From the NCBI GenBank assembly GCA_963783375.1, contig CAWANH010000028.1, forward strand, positions 1,216,001 through 1,280,000: DNA of 64,000 nt, written 5' to 3'. The notes under the pieces were generated by a model. The model ran no database searches and was not told the origin of the DNA. It saw only the letters and a list, made by a program, of their open reading frames with translations. This document shows positions 31,865-43,154 of the stretch, one piece after another. Within the stretch, counting starts at the first letter, position 1, and the number at the start of each line of letters is the position of its first letter. Source of the DNA: Candidatus Eiseniibacteriota bacterium. GTDB taxonomy: Bacteria > Eisenbacteria > RBG-16-71-46 > JABDJR01. Position numbers and translations under genes: made by a program.

Positions 31865-33103
31865 GTGAAGCGATGGATGTTGGTGATCTCGGTGATCGGG
31901 ATTTCCGCGCTCGGCATCGGTGGGACGGCGCCGGGCGCGGCGGCCGGCGAGGGACAGGGTTCGCCGGTCATCGGCGACGCGGGAGCGTTCCTGGGCGACC
32001 TGGCCCAGGCGCCTTCCGCGACGCAATACAATCAGGCGGACGCCGCGGGAGGCTCGACGGGTAACAACTCCGCCGAGCTTCCCAAGGCGCTTCAGGGGCT
32101 CAAGATCAAGGGCACCGTGTTCATCGCCTACGCGGCGCAGAAGAGCGGCGGGAAGACCAGCAACCAGTTCGAGCTCAAGCGAGGCTACCTGGACGTCCAG
32201 AAGACCCTCACCCCGTATCTCTCGGGACGCTACACCACCGACATCACCCAGCTCGGCTCCGGCGACTGGGAGACCCGGGTCAAGTACCTCTACGCCAAGT
32301 TCACCTTCGAGGGGAACTCCTTCATCACCCAGCCCAACGTCGAGTTCGGCCAGGGACACGCTCCGTACCACGACTTCTGGGAGGCCATCAACGGCTACCG
32401 GCTCCAGGGGACCATGTTCCTGGAGCGGAGCGGGGTCTTCACCAGCGCGGATCGCGGGGTGGTCTTCGGCTCGAACCTGGGTGGGGAGATGGACGCGACC
32501 TACAAGAAGGAGGTGAACGGCCACTACGCCGGGCGCCGCGGGTCGCTTCAGATCGGGGTCTACAACGGCGGCGGCTACCACGCCAAGGAGATGAACGAGA
32601 ACAAGGTCGTCCAGGGCCGGGTCACCGTGCGGCCGGTTCCCGACCAGGTCCCCGGGCTCCAGGTCTCGGTGGTGGGGATGGACGGGAAGTCCAACGTGGC
32701 TCCGGGTGCCTCGGGCACGCTCCCGGACTGGCGGGGGGCCGACGTGATGCTCTCCTACCAGAGCCGCCGGGTCACCGCCACCGCCGAGGGCTACGCGGGG
32801 ACGGGGAACCAGAGCGGCTCCGCGACATTCAACGGGCGCTCCCTGGATCAGAACGGATACTCGGTCTTCGCCTCGGTCCGGATCCCGGAGTACGAGGCAT
32901 GGGGAGTCATGGGACGCTACGACCACTTCGACAACAACATCCACACCGGCACCAACGATGAGCCGGACCGGTTCATCGGCGGGGTGTCCTACGCCATGGC
33001 TTCCGGGAACATGTGGCTGGTGGATTTCGAGCACGTGAAGCACAGCGTGAGCGGGATGTCCGACGAGAACCGGGGCGAGCTGGCCCTGCAGCTCAGCTAT
33101 TGA
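31865..33103 (+). CDS. Outer-membrane porin, probably phosphate-starvation induced
   Basis: Signal peptide, FELKRGYL, amphipathic strands, C-terminal ELALQLSY barrel signature; follows pstS. Confidence 0.7.
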   Translation: MKRWMLVISVIGISALGIGGTAPGAAAGEGQGSPVIGDAGAFLGDLAQAPSATQYNQADAAGGSTGNNSAELPKALQGLKIKGTVFIAYAAQKSGGKTSNQFELKRGYLDVQKTLTPYLSGRYTTDITQLGSGDWETRVKYLYAKFTFEGNSFITQPNVEFGQGHAPYHDFWEAINGYRLQGTMFLERSGVFTSADRGVVFGSNLGGEMDATYKKEVNGHYAGRRGSLQIGVYNGGGYHAKEMNENKVVQGRVTVRPVPDQVPGLQVSVVGMDGKSNVAPGASGTLPDWRGADVMLSYQSRRVTATAEGYAGTGNQSGSATFNGRSLDQNGYSVFASVRIPEYEAWGVMGRYDHFDNNIHTGTNDEPDRFIGGVSYAMASGNMWLVDFEHVKHSVSGMSDENRGELALQLSY

Positions 33104-33144
33104 TCATCATCGCCCCGGATCTCGCCATCATGGCGAGTGCGATG

Positions 33145-33175
33145 AGGCCCCTCCCGAAGGGAGGGGCCTTTTCCT
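33145..33175 (+). terminator. Intrinsic terminator
   Basis: aggcccctccc-gaa-gggaggggcct followed by a T-rich tail. Confidence 0.7.
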
Positions 33176-33224
33176 TTCCTTTGACACCGAGGGGAGCCGG
33201 CGGGACCGGGAACGACCGGAGGCC

Positions 33225-34136
33225 CTACCTCTCCTCGTCGCTCCACTCCGCATTCCCGGGATCCATGGCGTGGAACTCGCAGAGGATTTCCCATGCCTCG
33301 CGCGCGGTTTCGGCGTAGCGGATGAGCTTCAGGTCGTCGGGATTGATGGTGCCTTCCTCCACGAAGTACTCCCAGTGGACCGCGTTCTCCCAGAACTCCC
33401 GCCCGAACAGCACCACCGGCACCGGCTGGATGGTTCGGGTCTGGAGGAGAGTCAGGGTTTCGAAGAGCTCGTCCATGGTGCCGAAGCCGCCGGGGAAGGC
33501 CACCAGCCCCTTGGCCCGCATGAGGAAGTGCATCTTCCGAAGCGCGAAGTAGTGGAACTTGAAGCAGAGCTCGGGGGTGATGTAGGAGTTGGGGACCTGC
33601 TCGTGGGGAAGGGTGATGTTGAGGCCGATGCTCTTGGCCCCGGCCTCGAAGGCACCCCGGTTGGCCGCCTCCATGATCCCGGGACCGCCGCCGGTAACCA
33701 CCACGAACTCCCGCCGCCCCACCCGCTGCTGGGAGCCGGAGATGATCCGGGCCAGCTCCCGCGCCTCGTCGTAGTAGCGGGTCTTGGCCAGCACCCGCTC
33801 GGCGATCCGTAGGCGTTGTGCCGCCTCCGGGTCGTCGGGGTTCTCGCGGAGCGCGGCCCGGAATTCCTCCACCCGCGCCTCCGCCTTCGGCCGCTCCAGG
33901 ACCCGTGTCCCGCCGAAGATCACGATGGTGGAGTTGATGTGGTGCTCCCGAAAGGCGAGATCCGGTTTCAACAGTTCCAGCTCGAGCCGGGCCGGCCGTA
34001 GCTCGTCCCGCTTCAGGAGCGCCGGGTCCTCCTCGGCCAGGACGTAGCTCGGCGAGCGGAGGATGGCCTGGAGGTTCTCCTCCGGGGAGCGCGCCTTCTG
34101 GGCTTCCTGGGTTTCCCGGTCGTGATTCGCTTTCAT
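33225..34136 (-). CDS. LOG family / TIGR00730 Rossmann-fold protein
   Basis: TGGGPGIMEAANRGA, LNITLPHEQ, FHYFALRKMHF, PGGFGTMDELFE. Confidence 0.92.
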   Translation of the reverse strand: MKANHDRETQEAQKARSPEENLQAILRSPSYVLAEEDPALLKRDELRPARLELELLKPDLAFREHHINSTIVIFGGTRVLERPKAEARVEEFRAALRENPDDPEAAQRLRIAERVLAKTRYYDEARELARIISGSQQRVGRREFVVVTGGGPGIMEAANRGAFEAGAKSIGLNITLPHEQVPNSYITPELCFKFHYFALRKMHFLMRAKGLVAFPGGFGTMDELFETLTLLQTRTIQPVPVVLFGREFWENAVHWEYFVEEGTINPDDLKLIRYAETAREAWEILCEFHAMDPGNAEWSDEER

Positions 34137-34200
34137 GAGTCCCTCCGAGGCCTCGGTGGACGGGCGGGAGCGCCCGGTAACCCGCCGCCGGCGGAGACCG

Positions 34201-34524
34201 TCACGGCTTTCCCAGCATCGACCCCAGCGCCTCCCAGGTAAAGGGCGGACGGGGCCGGGGCGAGGGCCACCAAGCGGCCGTCGGGGGAATAGGCGGGGGC
34301 GTAGGTCCGGGGGCCCTCCGAGGCCAGCCGGATCCGGCGCCGTCGGGAAGGGGCATGGCGTAGAGCCGCCCCAGGGCGGCGAACACCAGCCGTTCTCCGC
34401 CGGGAGACTGGTTCGGCCGGGACAGCATCCGCACCCGGATCGAATCCGGGGCCGGGTTCTGGGGGAAGCGAAGCGCGCGGGTCACGCTCTCTTCGACCTC
34501 GGTGATGAAGGGAATGTCGCGCAC
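34201..34524 (-). pseudogene. Remnant of a PD40/TolB-repeat protein
   Basis: IPFITEVEESVTRALRFPQ...SPGGERLVFAALGRLYAMPLPDG, continuing in another frame as YAPAYSPDGRLVA; no intact start or C-terminal domain. Confidence 0.45.
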
Positions 34525-34639
34525 CGCCCCCCAGGCCGGCCAGGAGGGCGGCGATACGGGTCCCGGGGGATTTGGTTAGGATGATGGACATGATGAGATC
34601 CTCTGCGCGAGACGAGCGTCCGGTGGCGGGACCGGGAGG

Positions 34640-35476
34640 GTGAGCACCGGCGGAGTCTACACGGCGAACACGGCCGAAACCAGGGTCGCGCGGGCGGGGG
34701 TTGGGGGGGCGCCGGAGGCCCTCCGGACGACGCCCACGCCGGGCATTTCCGTGATCGTTCCCGCCCTGGACGAGGAGGCGGCGATCGCCGCCGCGGTCGC
34801 GTCCGCCCGGGAGCAGGAGCCGGCCCCGCTCGAGGTCCTGGTGGTGGACGGCGGCTCCGTCGATCGCACCCGGGAACGCGCGCGGGCGGCGGGGGCGAAC
34901 GTCCTGGCCTCGCCCCGGGGGCGCGGGCGCCAGCTCCATGCCGGCGCGCTCGCCGCCCGAGGCTCCGTCCTCTTCTTCCTCCACGCCGACACCCGGCTCC
35001 CGGCGGGAGCGCTTGCCGCGGTGATGCGCGCCCTGAAGGCGGACGAGGTGGTGGGTGGCCGGCTCCGCCTCGCCTTCGATCGCCGCCACCCGGTGCTCGA
35101 TGCGATCGCCTATCTGTCGCGTCTCGGCTGGGGGGCGGCCGCCTACGGCGATGCCGGCTTCTTCGTCCGGGCCGGAATGTACCGGCGTATCGGGGGGTTC
35201 GAGCCGCTTCCGATCCTGGAGGACGTCCGGTTCTACCGGCGGCTCATGGGCGCAGGTCGAACGGTGGTGGCGCGCCCCGCCGCGGTGACCTCGGCGCGGC
35301 GCTTCCTCCGCCGCGGACCCTTCCGCCAGCTCGCGCTCGACTGCGCCATTCTCCTGGCCCATCGGGCGGGGGTGGACCCGGAACGGCTTGCCCGTATCTA
35401 CCGTCCGGACAACGGTCTGTCCGATCGGGGCGCCTCTGATTTGGCTTTAGTTGAAAATCCTCCCGATCATGTATGA
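34640..35476 (+). CDS. GT2 glycosyltransferase (TIGR04283-like)
   Basis: ISVIVPALDEE, VVDGGS.D, LFFLHADT, YGD, PILEDV, TSARRF. Confidence 0.88.
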   Translation: MSTGGVYTANTAETRVARAGVGGAPEALRTTPTPGISVIVPALDEEAAIAAAVASAREQEPAPLEVLVVDGGSVDRTRERARAAGANVLASPRGRGRQLHAGALAARGSVLFFLHADTRLPAGALAAVMRALKADEVVGGRLRLAFDRRHPVLDAIAYLSRLGWGAAAYGDAGFFVRAGMYRRIGGFEPLPILEDVRFYRRLMGAGRTVVARPAAVTSARRFLRRGPFRQLALDCAILLAHRAGVDPERLARIYRPDNGLSDRGASDLALVENPPDHV

Positions 35477-35606
35477 TTCAGGGGCTTGGTTCCGGGCACG
35501 AGGTGCGCGGCCGGGCAGGGTGGGCTCCGATTGCATCCCGGGATCGCCCAGGCGGCAACCGCGCCCGATTATTTGCGGCGCATGGGCCGCAGTGGAGTGG
35601 TTGAGC

Positions 35607-35894
35607 ATGGCCAAAAAGATCTATGTGGGGAACCTTCCCTTCAGCGCGACCGAGGAAGACATCCGCGAGCTGTTCGAGGCCCACGGCACCGTCCACTCGG
35701 TGAACATCATCACCGACCGGGACACCGGCCGCCCCCGCGGATTCGGTTTCATCGAGATGGACGATGCCGACGCCGCGTCCGCCATCGGCGCCCTCGACGG
35801 GGTGAGCATGGGCGGACGGAACCTCCAGGTGAACGAGGCAAAGCCCCGCACGGAATCCCCCGGAGGACGCGGCGGCCCCCGACGGCGTCACTGA
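35607..35894 (+). CDS. RRM RNA-binding protein
   Basis: RNP2 IYVGNL, RNP1 RGFGFIEM, Gly/Arg-rich tail. Confidence 0.93.
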   Translation: MAKKIYVGNLPFSATEEDIRELFEAHGTVHSVNIITDRDTGRPRGFGFIEMDDADAASAIGALDGVSMGGRNLQVNEAKPRTESPGGRGGPRRRH

Positions 35895-36129
35895 TCGCCC
35901 TTCCCCTTCCCGACGCGCCGGGATCCCCGGAACCGACCGGGCCCGGCGCGGCGGACCCGCCTCACCGCCTCGAGCCCCGCCGGCGCCACCCGGCACGCCG
36001 GCCCTCCGGGAGCGATTCCCGTCCGGCCCTTCCGGCTCCTGCGCCCGCCCACCCGATGTGTTAGCGTGATTCGGAAGCCCTGACCGCCCTCCCGGGGCGG
36101 AGCCAAACGAAAAGAAAGGACTGCGACCC

Positions 36130-36543
36130 ATGGCCGAACGCCTGATTGCCATTGAATACAGCCTCTTCCTCGACGACGGATCCCAGGTGGATACCAACGC
36201 CGGCGGGGATCCGCTGGTGTACCGCGAGGGGGCCGGCCAGATCCTTCCCGCCCTCGAGCACCAGATCGCCGATCTCGGTGCCGGCGAGACCAAACGGGTC
36301 GTGCTGGCCGCCGAGGACGCCTACGGTCCCATCCAGCCCGACGCCTTCCGCGAGGTCGAGGCGGAGGCCATTCCCGAGGAGGCGAGGGAGCCCGGGACCA
36401 TGCTGGTGGCGGAGGACGGCGAGGGGCACAAGCACCAGGTGCGGGTCCATGAGGTGAAGGATGACGCCGTCGTCCTCGATCTGAACCACCCCCTGGCCGG
36501 CCAGACCCTCACCTTCGACGTCAAGGTGGTGGACATCAAGTAG
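36130..36543 (+). CDS. FKBP-type peptidyl-prolyl isomerase (SlyD-like, no His-rich tail)
   Basis: GAGQILPALE, AEDAYG, DLNHPLAGQTLTFDV. Confidence 0.9.
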   Translation: MAERLIAIEYSLFLDDGSQVDTNAGGDPLVYREGAGQILPALEHQIADLGAGETKRVVLAAEDAYGPIQPDAFREVEAEAIPEEAREPGTMLVAEDGEGHKHQVRVHEVKDDAVVLDLNHPLAGQTLTFDVKVVDIK

Positions 36544-36574
36544 GGCGGCGGTCCCGGTGCGGGGGAGGCCGGTC

Positions 36575-37198
36575 ATGGCACACGCGACGCGGTTGGCCGT
36601 CCTGGTTTGCGCCTGGGTCGGAGCCCTCACTCCCGCGGTCGCGGGGGCATGGGAGGCGGACGGACCCCCCGGCCCCTGGACCTTCCGGACGCGGGTGTTT
36701 CTCACCGGGCAATCCGACGAGTCCGATCCCCCCGGCTACGTGGTGTACAGCGCCCTGGGGCTGGAAGCCGGCCTCGATCGCGCTCTCGGCCGCCGTCTCG
36801 CGGTCGCGCTGACCGTTCGTACCGAATCCCGCGAGGTCGACGTGGCCACGGCCGCCGGTCCCGATACCCGCCTGGGATCCATCGAGTTCCTCCCCGTGAA
36901 CCTCTTCCTCCAGTATCGCCCGCGCCCGGACGGGAGCGTCCACCCCTACGTCGGGGCGGGGGTGAACCTCACCGTGGCCTGGGAGAAGAGCGGCGCACTG
37001 GACTCGAACGCCGTGAGCCCCGGGGTGGGTCCCGCGGTCCAGCTCGGCGCGGATTTCGACCTGGGCCCCGCGATGCTCTGGACGCTGGAAGCCCGGTGGA
37101 ACGCCCATCGGACCGAACTCCGTTCCGGCTCCACGAAGCCGGTCTCCCTGACCCTGGACACCGTGGTCCTGGGGACCGGGGTGGGATTCCGGTTCTGA
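36575..37198 (+). CDS. OmpW-family outer-membrane protein
   Basis: Signal peptide; LPVNLFLQY, PYVGAGVN, GPAVQLGAD, terminal GVGFRF. Confidence 0.85.
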   Translation: MAHATRLAVLVCAWVGALTPAVAGAWEADGPPGPWTFRTRVFLTGQSDESDPPGYVVYSALGLEAGLDRALGRRLAVALTVRTESREVDVATAAGPDTRLGSIEFLPVNLFLQYRPRPDGSVHPYVGAGVNLTVAWEKSGALDSNAVSPGVGPAVQLGADFDLGPAMLWTLEARWNAHRTELRSGSTKPVSLTLDTVVLGTGVGFRF

Positions 37199-37460
37199 CC
37201 CCTCGGCCGGCGCATCGCGGGTCGGGATCCATCCCCGTCGATTCCCCCCGCCTTGAAAATCCGAACCTCGCTATCCACAATGACTTGGGGAGGCGATTTC
37301 CCGCCCCGCAGTGGACCGGTCCACTCCAGGGATGCGCTTCCGGCTATTAGTCAATTCCAGATTCCGTAACCCTTGAAAAGCTCTATCGTTACGCGGTCGG
37401 GAGTAGAATCGTCGGTCGGACCGTGATACCAACGGTCGAACGCTTGAAGGGAGATCAAGA

Positions 37461-40400
37461 ATGGCCCGACGCCAAGTGACCATGGACGGCAACGAAGCCG
37501 CCGCCTACGTGGCCCACCGAACCAACGAAGTGATCGCGATTTACCCCATCACCCCCTCCTCGGCCATGGGGGAGCTCTCCGATGAGTGGAGCGCCCGCGG
37601 CCAGAAGAACATCTGGGGGACGGTTCCCCAGGTGGTGGAGATGCAGTCCGAGGGCGGCGCCGCGGGGGCGGTGCACGGGGCGCTCCAGGCGGGGTCGCTC
37701 ACCACGACCTTCACCGCCAGCCAGGGGCTCCTCCTCATGATTCCCAACATGTACAAGATCGCCGGGGAGCTCACGAGCACGGTGTTCCACATCGCCGCCC
37801 GCTCGCTCTCCGCCCAGGCGCTCTCCATCTTCGGCGACCACTCCGACGTGATGGCCGCCCGCTCCACCGGTTTCGGGATGCTGTTCTCGAACTCGGTGCA
37901 GGAGGTGATGGACTTCGCGCTCATCTCCCAGGCGGTGACACTGGAAGCGCGGATCCCCTTCCTCCACATCTTCGACGGCTTCCGCACCTCCCACGAGGTC
38001 CTCAAGATCGAGGTTCTGGACGAGGAGGACATCCGGGCGCTGATCGACGACGAGCTGGTCCGGGCCCACCGCCTCCGGGGTCTCTCCCCCGACCGTCCCT
38101 TCGTCCGCGGCACCGCCCAGAACCCCGACGTCTACTTCCAGGCCCGCGAGACCGTGAACCCCTACTACCTGGCCCTTCCCGAGATCGTGGAACGGACCAT
38201 GGAGCGGTTCGAGAAGCAGGTCGGACGCCGGTACCGGCTCTTCGACTACGTGGGCGCGCCGGACGCCGAGCGGGTCATCGCGCTCATGGGTTCGGGGGCG
38301 GAGACCGCCGAGGAGACGGTGAACCACCTGACCGCGGAGGGGGAGAAGGTCGGGCTGATCAAGGTCCGCCTCTACCGGCCGTTCGCGGTGGAGCGGTTCC
38401 TGGCCGCCCTGCCCAGGACCGTCAAGACCATCGGGGTGCTCGACCGTACCAAGGAACCCGGCGCGAGCGGGGAGCCGCTCTACCAGGATGTGGTGACCGC
38501 GGTGAGCGAGGGCATGATGGCCGGGTCCGCGCCGTTTGCGACCTTCCCGCGGGTGGTCGGCGGCCGCTACGGGCTTTCGTCCAAGGAATTCACCCCGGCC
38601 ATGGTGAAGGGGCTCTTCCAGGAGCTCTCCAAGCCGGCGCCCAAGAACCACTTCACGGTGGGGATCGTGGACGACGTCACCCACACCAGCCTCTCCTGGG
38701 ACCCCGGCTTCAACATCGAGCCCAAGGAAGTCACCCGGGCGCTCTTCTGGGGACTCGGTTCCGACGGCACGGTGGGGGCCAACAAGAACTCCATCAAGAT
38801 CATCGGCGAGGAGACCCCGTTCTACGCCCAGGGCTACTTCGTCTACGATTCCAAGAAGGCCGGGGCGAGGACGGTGTCCCACCTCCGGTTCGGCCCCAAG
38901 CCGATCCACAGCACCTACCTGATCGGCAAGGCCAGCTTCGTGGCCGTCCACCAGTTCGGCTTCCTGGAGCGGTTCGACACCCTGGCCCAGGCCGAGGAGG
39001 GGGCGACCCTGCTCCTCAACAGCCCCTACGGCCCGGACGAGCTGTGGGAGAAGCTCCCGCGCACCGTCCAGGAGACGATCATCCGGAAGAAGCTGAAGCT
39101 CTACATGATCGACGCCTACGGGGTGGCCCGGGAGAACAACCTGGGGGTGCGGACCAACACCATCATGCAGACCTGCTTCTTCGCCCTGAGCGGGGTGCTT
39201 CCGCGGGACGAGGCCATCACCAAGATCAAGGAAGCGATCAAGAAGACCTACGGGAAGCGGGGCGAGGCGGTGGTCAAGATGAACTACGCCGCGGTGGACG
39301 CGGCCCTGGCCCACCTCCACGAGATCGCGGTCCCGGCCACCGCGGAGAGCGCGATCGAGCTGCCTCCGGTGGTGGCCGCCGAGGCCCCGAAGTTCGTCCG
39401 GGAGGTGACGGCGCGGATGATGGCCGGCGAGGGGGACCTCCTCCCGGTGAGCGCCCTCCCCGCCGACGGCACCTACCCGAGCGGCACCACCCAGTGGGAG
39501 AAGCGGAACATCGCGCTGGAGGTCCCGGTCTGGGAAGAGGATATCTGCATCCAGTGCGGGAAGTGCGTGATCGTCTGCCCGCACTCGGTGATCCGCTCCA
39601 AGGTCGTGGAGGAGTCGGCCCTGGCCGGGGCCCCGGCCGCCTTCAAGACCACCGAGGCCCGCTGGCGGGAGCTCAAGGGACAGAAGTACACCCTCCAGGT
39701 GGCGGTGGAGGACTGCACCGGGTGCAGCCTCTGCGTCGAGGTCTGCCCGGCCAAGGACAAGAGCCAGGTGGGGCGGAAGGCCATCAACATGAAGTCCCAG
39801 CTCCCGATCCGCGAGCAGGAGCGGGCGAACTGGGACTTCTTCCTCGGGCTACCCGAGGTGGATCGGACCGGCGAATCGTCCGGGCTCCGCTTCACCAAGC
39901 CCAAGGACGTGCAGCTCCTGGATCCCCTCTTCGAGTTCTCCAGCGCCTGCGCGGGTTGCGGCGAGACGCCCTACCTGAAGCTCCTGAGCCAGCTCTTCGG
40001 GGAGCGGAGCCTCGTGGCCAATGCTACCGGGTGCTCGAGCATCTACGGTGGGAACCTCCCCACCACCCCGTGGTCGGTGAATCGCCACGGCCGCGGGCCG
40101 GCCTGGAGCAACTCGCTCTTCGAGGACAACGCCGAGTTCGGGATGGGGATGCGGGTGGCGCTGGACAAGCAGGTCGAGTACGCCCGGGAACTCCTGGAGC
40201 GGTTGAAGGGGGACGTGGGGCCGGACCTGGCCGAGGCCGTCCTCGGCGCCGACCAGTCCGCCGAGTCCGGGATCGAGGCCCAGCGAAAGCGGGTGGGGCG
40301 GTTGAAGGAGGCCCTGGCCGGCCGGACCGACGGGCCTTCCCGGGATCTCATGAGCCTGGCTGACGTGCTGGTGAAGAAGTCGGTGTGGATCGTGGGCGGC

Positions 40401-41072
40401 GACGGCTGGGCCTACGACATCGGCTACGGCGGTCTGGATCACGTCCTGGCCACGGGGCGGAACACGAAGCTCCTGGTGCTCGACACCGAGGTCTACTCCA
40501 ATACCGGCGGCCAGGCCTCCAAGGCCACCGGCATGGGCGCGGTGGCCAAGTTCGCGGCCGGCGGGAAGGGAACCCCCAAGAAAGACCTCGGGCTTCTCGC
40601 CATGTCCTACGGCTACGTCTACGTGGCCCAGGTGGCGATGGGGGCCAACGACAGCCAGACCATCCGGGCGTTCCAGGAGGCCGAGGCCTACGACGGGCCC
40701 TCGATCATCATCGCCTACAGCCACTGCATCGCCCACGGGATCGACATGGCCAAGGGGATGAACCAGCAGAAGCTCGCCGTCGATTCCGGGCACTGGATCC
40801 TCTATCGGTACAACCCCCTGCTCCGGGCGGAGGGGAAGAACCCGCTGGAGCTGGACTCCAAGGCGCCGAGCATCCCGCTCAAGGACTACGCCTACAACGA
40901 GACGCGCTACCGGATGCTGGCCCAGTCCAACCCCGAAGCCGCCAAGCGGCTCCTGACCGCCGCCCAGGACGCGGTGAATTCGCACTGGAAGCTCTACGAG
41001 CGGATGGCCAGGGGGGAAGAGCCGACCGGCGAGGCGCCGGCCCCGGCCAAGGACACCGTCACGACTTCGTAG
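37461..41072 (+). CDS. nifJ: Pyruvate:ferredoxin (flavodoxin) oxidoreductase
   Basis: [26 protein letters not shown], two CxxCxxCxxxCP clusters, [10 protein letters not shown]. Confidence 0.97.
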   Translation: MARRQVTMDGNEAAAYVAHRTNEVIAIYPITPSSAMGELSDEWSARGQKNIWGTVPQVVEMQSEGGAAGAVHGALQAGSLTTTFTASQGLLLMIPNMYKIAGELTSTVFHIAARSLSAQALSIFGDHSDVMAARSTGFGMLFSNSVQEVMDFALISQAVTLEARIPFLHIFDGFRTSHEVLKIEVLDEEDIRALIDDELVRAHRLRGLSPDRPFVRGTAQNPDVYFQARETVNPYYLALPEIVERTMERFEKQVGRRYRLFDYVGAPDAERVIALMGSGAETAEETVNHLTAEGEKVGLIKVRLYRPFAVERFLAALPRTVKTIGVLDRTKEPGASGEPLYQDVVTAVSEGMMAGSAPFATFPRVVGGRYGLSSKEFTPAMVKGLFQELSKPAPKNHFTVGIVDDVTHTSLSWDPGFNIEPKEVTRALFWGLGSDGTVGANKNSIKIIGEETPFYAQGYFVYDSKKAGARTVSHLRFGPKPIHSTYLIGKASFVAVHQFGFLERFDTLAQAEEGATLLLNSPYGPDELWEKLPRTVQETIIRKKLKLYMIDAYGVARENNLGVRTNTIMQTCFFALSGVLPRDEAITKIKEAIKKTYGKRGEAVVKMNYAAVDAALAHLHEIAVPATAESAIELPPVVAAEAPKFVREVTARMMAGEGDLLPVSALPADGTYPSGTTQWEKRNIALEVPVWEEDICIQCGKCVIVCPHSVIRSKVVEESALAGAPAAFKTTEARWRELKGQKYTLQVAVEDCTGCSLCVEVCPAKDKSQVGRKAINMKSQLPIREQERANWDFFLGLPEVDRTGESSGLRFTKPKDVQLLDPLFEFSSACAGCGETPYLKLLSQLFGERSLVANATGCSSIYGGNLPTTPWSVNRHGRGPAWSNSLFEDNAEFGMGMRVALDKQVEYARELLERLKGDVGPDLAEAVLGADQSAESGIEAQRKRVGRLKEALAGRTDGPSRDLMSLADVLVKKSVWIVGGDGWAYDIGYGGLDHVLATGRNTKLLVLDTEVYSNTGGQASKATGMGAVAKFAAGGKGTPKKDLGLLAMSYGYVYVAQVAMGANDSQTIRAFQEAEAYDGPSIIIAYSHCIAHGIDMAKGMNQQKLAVDSGHWILYRYNPLLRAEGKNPLELDSKAPSIPLKDYAYNETRYRMLAQSNPEAAKRLLTAAQDAVNSHWKLYERMARGEEPTGEAPAPAKDTVTTS

Positions 41073-41121
41073 CCGCCGGGCCCGGCGGTGTTACCGGCCG
41101 CCGGGCAGGAAAGGGAAAGCC

Positions 41122-42138
41122 ATGGACCTGACCACGACCTATCTGGGCCTCACCCTCAAGAACCCGATCGTTCCGTCGGCGTCGCCGCTCTCGGAGAACA
41201 TCGACAACATCCGGCGGATGGAGGATCTCGGGGCGGCCGCGGTGGTGATGTACTCGCTCTTCGAGGAGGAGATCAACCGCCAGAGCCGGACCCTCGATCA
41301 CTTCCTGAACTACGGGAGCGAGAGCTTCGCCGAGGCCACGACCTATCTTCCGGACCTCGAGAGCTACCGCATCGGGCCCGAGGAGTACGTGAACCACGTG
41401 CGCCGGGCCAAGGAGGCGGTGGACATCCCGGTGATCGGGAGCCTGAACGGGGTGTCCTCGGGCGGGTGGATCGAGTACGCGGGGAAGATCGAGGAGGCCG
41501 GCGCCGACGCCCTCGAGCTCAACATCTACTACATCCCCACCAGTCCCGAGCTCGGCGGCGCCGAGGTGGAGAAGATGTACCTGGACGTGGTCCGGGATGT
41601 GAAGCGGACGGTGGGGATCCCGGTGGCGGTCAAGATCGTTCCGTTCTTCAGCTCCATGGCCAACATGGCCGGTCATCTGAAGGAAGCGGGAGCCGACGCC
41701 CTGGTGCTCTTCAACCGGTTCTACCAGCCGGACTTCGACCTGGAACTCCTGGAGGTGGTGCCGCACCTCGTTCTGAGCAACTCGTTCGACATGCGGCTGG
41801 CCCTTCGCTGGGTGGCGATCCTCTACGGGCGGGTCGAGACCGACTTCGCCATCTCGCGCGGCGTTCACACCTACGAGGACGTGTTGAAGGGCGTGATGGC
41901 CGGGGCCAACGTCACCATGATGGCGTCCGAGCTGCTCCAGAACGGTCTGGGGCGGATTCCCGCCATCCTCGGCGATCTCGCCGACTGGATGGAGAAGCAC
42001 GAGTACGTGTCGATCCAGCAGATGCGCGGGAGCATGAGCCAGCAGCACGTGACCGAGCCCGCGGCCTTCGAGCGCGCGAACTACATGAAGGTGATCCACT
42101 CCTGGCGGCCGGACCCGACGGGAAAGTTGATGTACTGA
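41122..42138 (+). CDS. Dihydroorotate dehydrogenase-like protein
   Basis: [38 protein letters not shown]; typical nifJ neighbour. Confidence 0.9.
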   Translation: MDLTTTYLGLTLKNPIVPSASPLSENIDNIRRMEDLGAAAVVMYSLFEEEINRQSRTLDHFLNYGSESFAEATTYLPDLESYRIGPEEYVNHVRRAKEAVDIPVIGSLNGVSSGGWIEYAGKIEEAGADALELNIYYIPTSPELGGAEVEKMYLDVVRDVKRTVGIPVAVKIVPFFSSMANMAGHLKEAGADALVLFNRFYQPDFDLELLEVVPHLVLSNSFDMRLALRWVAILYGRVETDFAISRGVHTYEDVLKGVMAGANVTMMASELLQNGLGRIPAILGDLADWMEKHEYVSIQQMRGSMSQQHVTEPAAFERANYMKVIHSWRPDPTGKLMY

Positions 42139-42203
42139 GACCGGCGCGGCCGCCGCGAGGGCGCCCCTTCCCTCCGCGGCCCGGCCGTGGCAAGCTTCCC
42201 GGC

Positions 42204-43007
42204 ATGACGCGCTCTCTCTTCCCCGGGTGGGATGCCCAAAAACCGGTGATCGGCATGGTGCACCTTCTCCCCCTGGCCGGCTCGCCCGGCTACCGCGGGG
42301 ACCCCGGCGCCGTCCGCGAAGCCGCCCTCCGCGACGCCGACGCCCTGGCCGAGGGGGGCGTCGACGCCATCATGATGGAGAACTTCCGGGACGCGCCCTT
42401 CTTTCCCGGGAACGTGCCGGCCTCGGTGACCGCCCAGATGACCGCCCTCGCCGTCGAGATCCGCCGCCGCTTCGACCAGCCCCTGGGGGTGAACGTCCTT
42501 CGGAACGACGGGGTGGCGGCGCTCTCCGCCGCCCATGCCGCCGGGGCCGACTTCATCCGGGTGAACGTCCTCGTCGCGGCCCGGCTCACCGACCAGGGGA
42601 TCGTGCACGGGATCGCCCACACGCTCCTTCGCGAGCGGAAGCACCTGGGGGCGGAGCGGATCCGTATCCTGGCCGACGTCCGGGTCAAGCACTCGGCCCC
42701 TCTCGGCGACTACCCCCTGGAGGACGAGGTGGAAGACCTGCTTCACCGCGGGGGCGCCGATGCGGTCGTGGTCTCGGGAACCGGAACCGGGAAGGCCACC
42801 GATCCCGGAGAGGTGGCGCGGGTGAAGCGCGCGGCGGGCGACGCCCCGGTCCTGGTGGGAAGCGGGGTCAGCGCCGAGACCGTGGCGCGGCTGCGCGATC
42901 ACGCCGACGGGTTCATCGTGGGCACCGCGATCAAGCGCGGAGCCTCGGTGGGCGAGCCGGTGGACCCGGAGCGGGTCCGGGAGCTGCTCGCCGCCCTCCG
43001 CGGCTGA
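42204..43007 (+). CDS. BtpA/SgcQ family protein
   Basis: IGMVHLLPL, MENFRDAPF, GVNVLRND, ADVRVKHS, VSGTGTG. Confidence 0.92.
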   Translation: MTRSLFPGWDAQKPVIGMVHLLPLAGSPGYRGDPGAVREAALRDADALAEGGVDAIMMENFRDAPFFPGNVPASVTAQMTALAVEIRRRFDQPLGVNVLRNDGVAALSAAHAAGADFIRVNVLVAARLTDQGIVHGIAHTLLRERKHLGAERIRILADVRVKHSAPLGDYPLEDEVEDLLHRGGADAVVVSGTGTGKATDPGEVARVKRAAGDAPVLVGSGVSAETVARLRDHADGFIVGTAIKRGASVGEPVDPERVRELLAALRG

Positions 43008-43154
43008 CCTCGCGCGCGGCGCGGCACCCTCCGCGGTCGATGCCGCCGGCCAGGAACCGCATTCGCCGCGGGTTGATCTCCCCGGTTGCCGGATTCCCGG
43101 CGTCGTGGCTATGCTCGTTCGGCCGCTCATTGTCCAAGCAATCGGAGGTGTCCC

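Noticed and set aside
37443-37459. cttgaagggagatcaag as an FNR box before nifJ
   Set aside because: Spacing is one base off TTGAT-N4-ATCAA and it overlaps the RBS; unsupported
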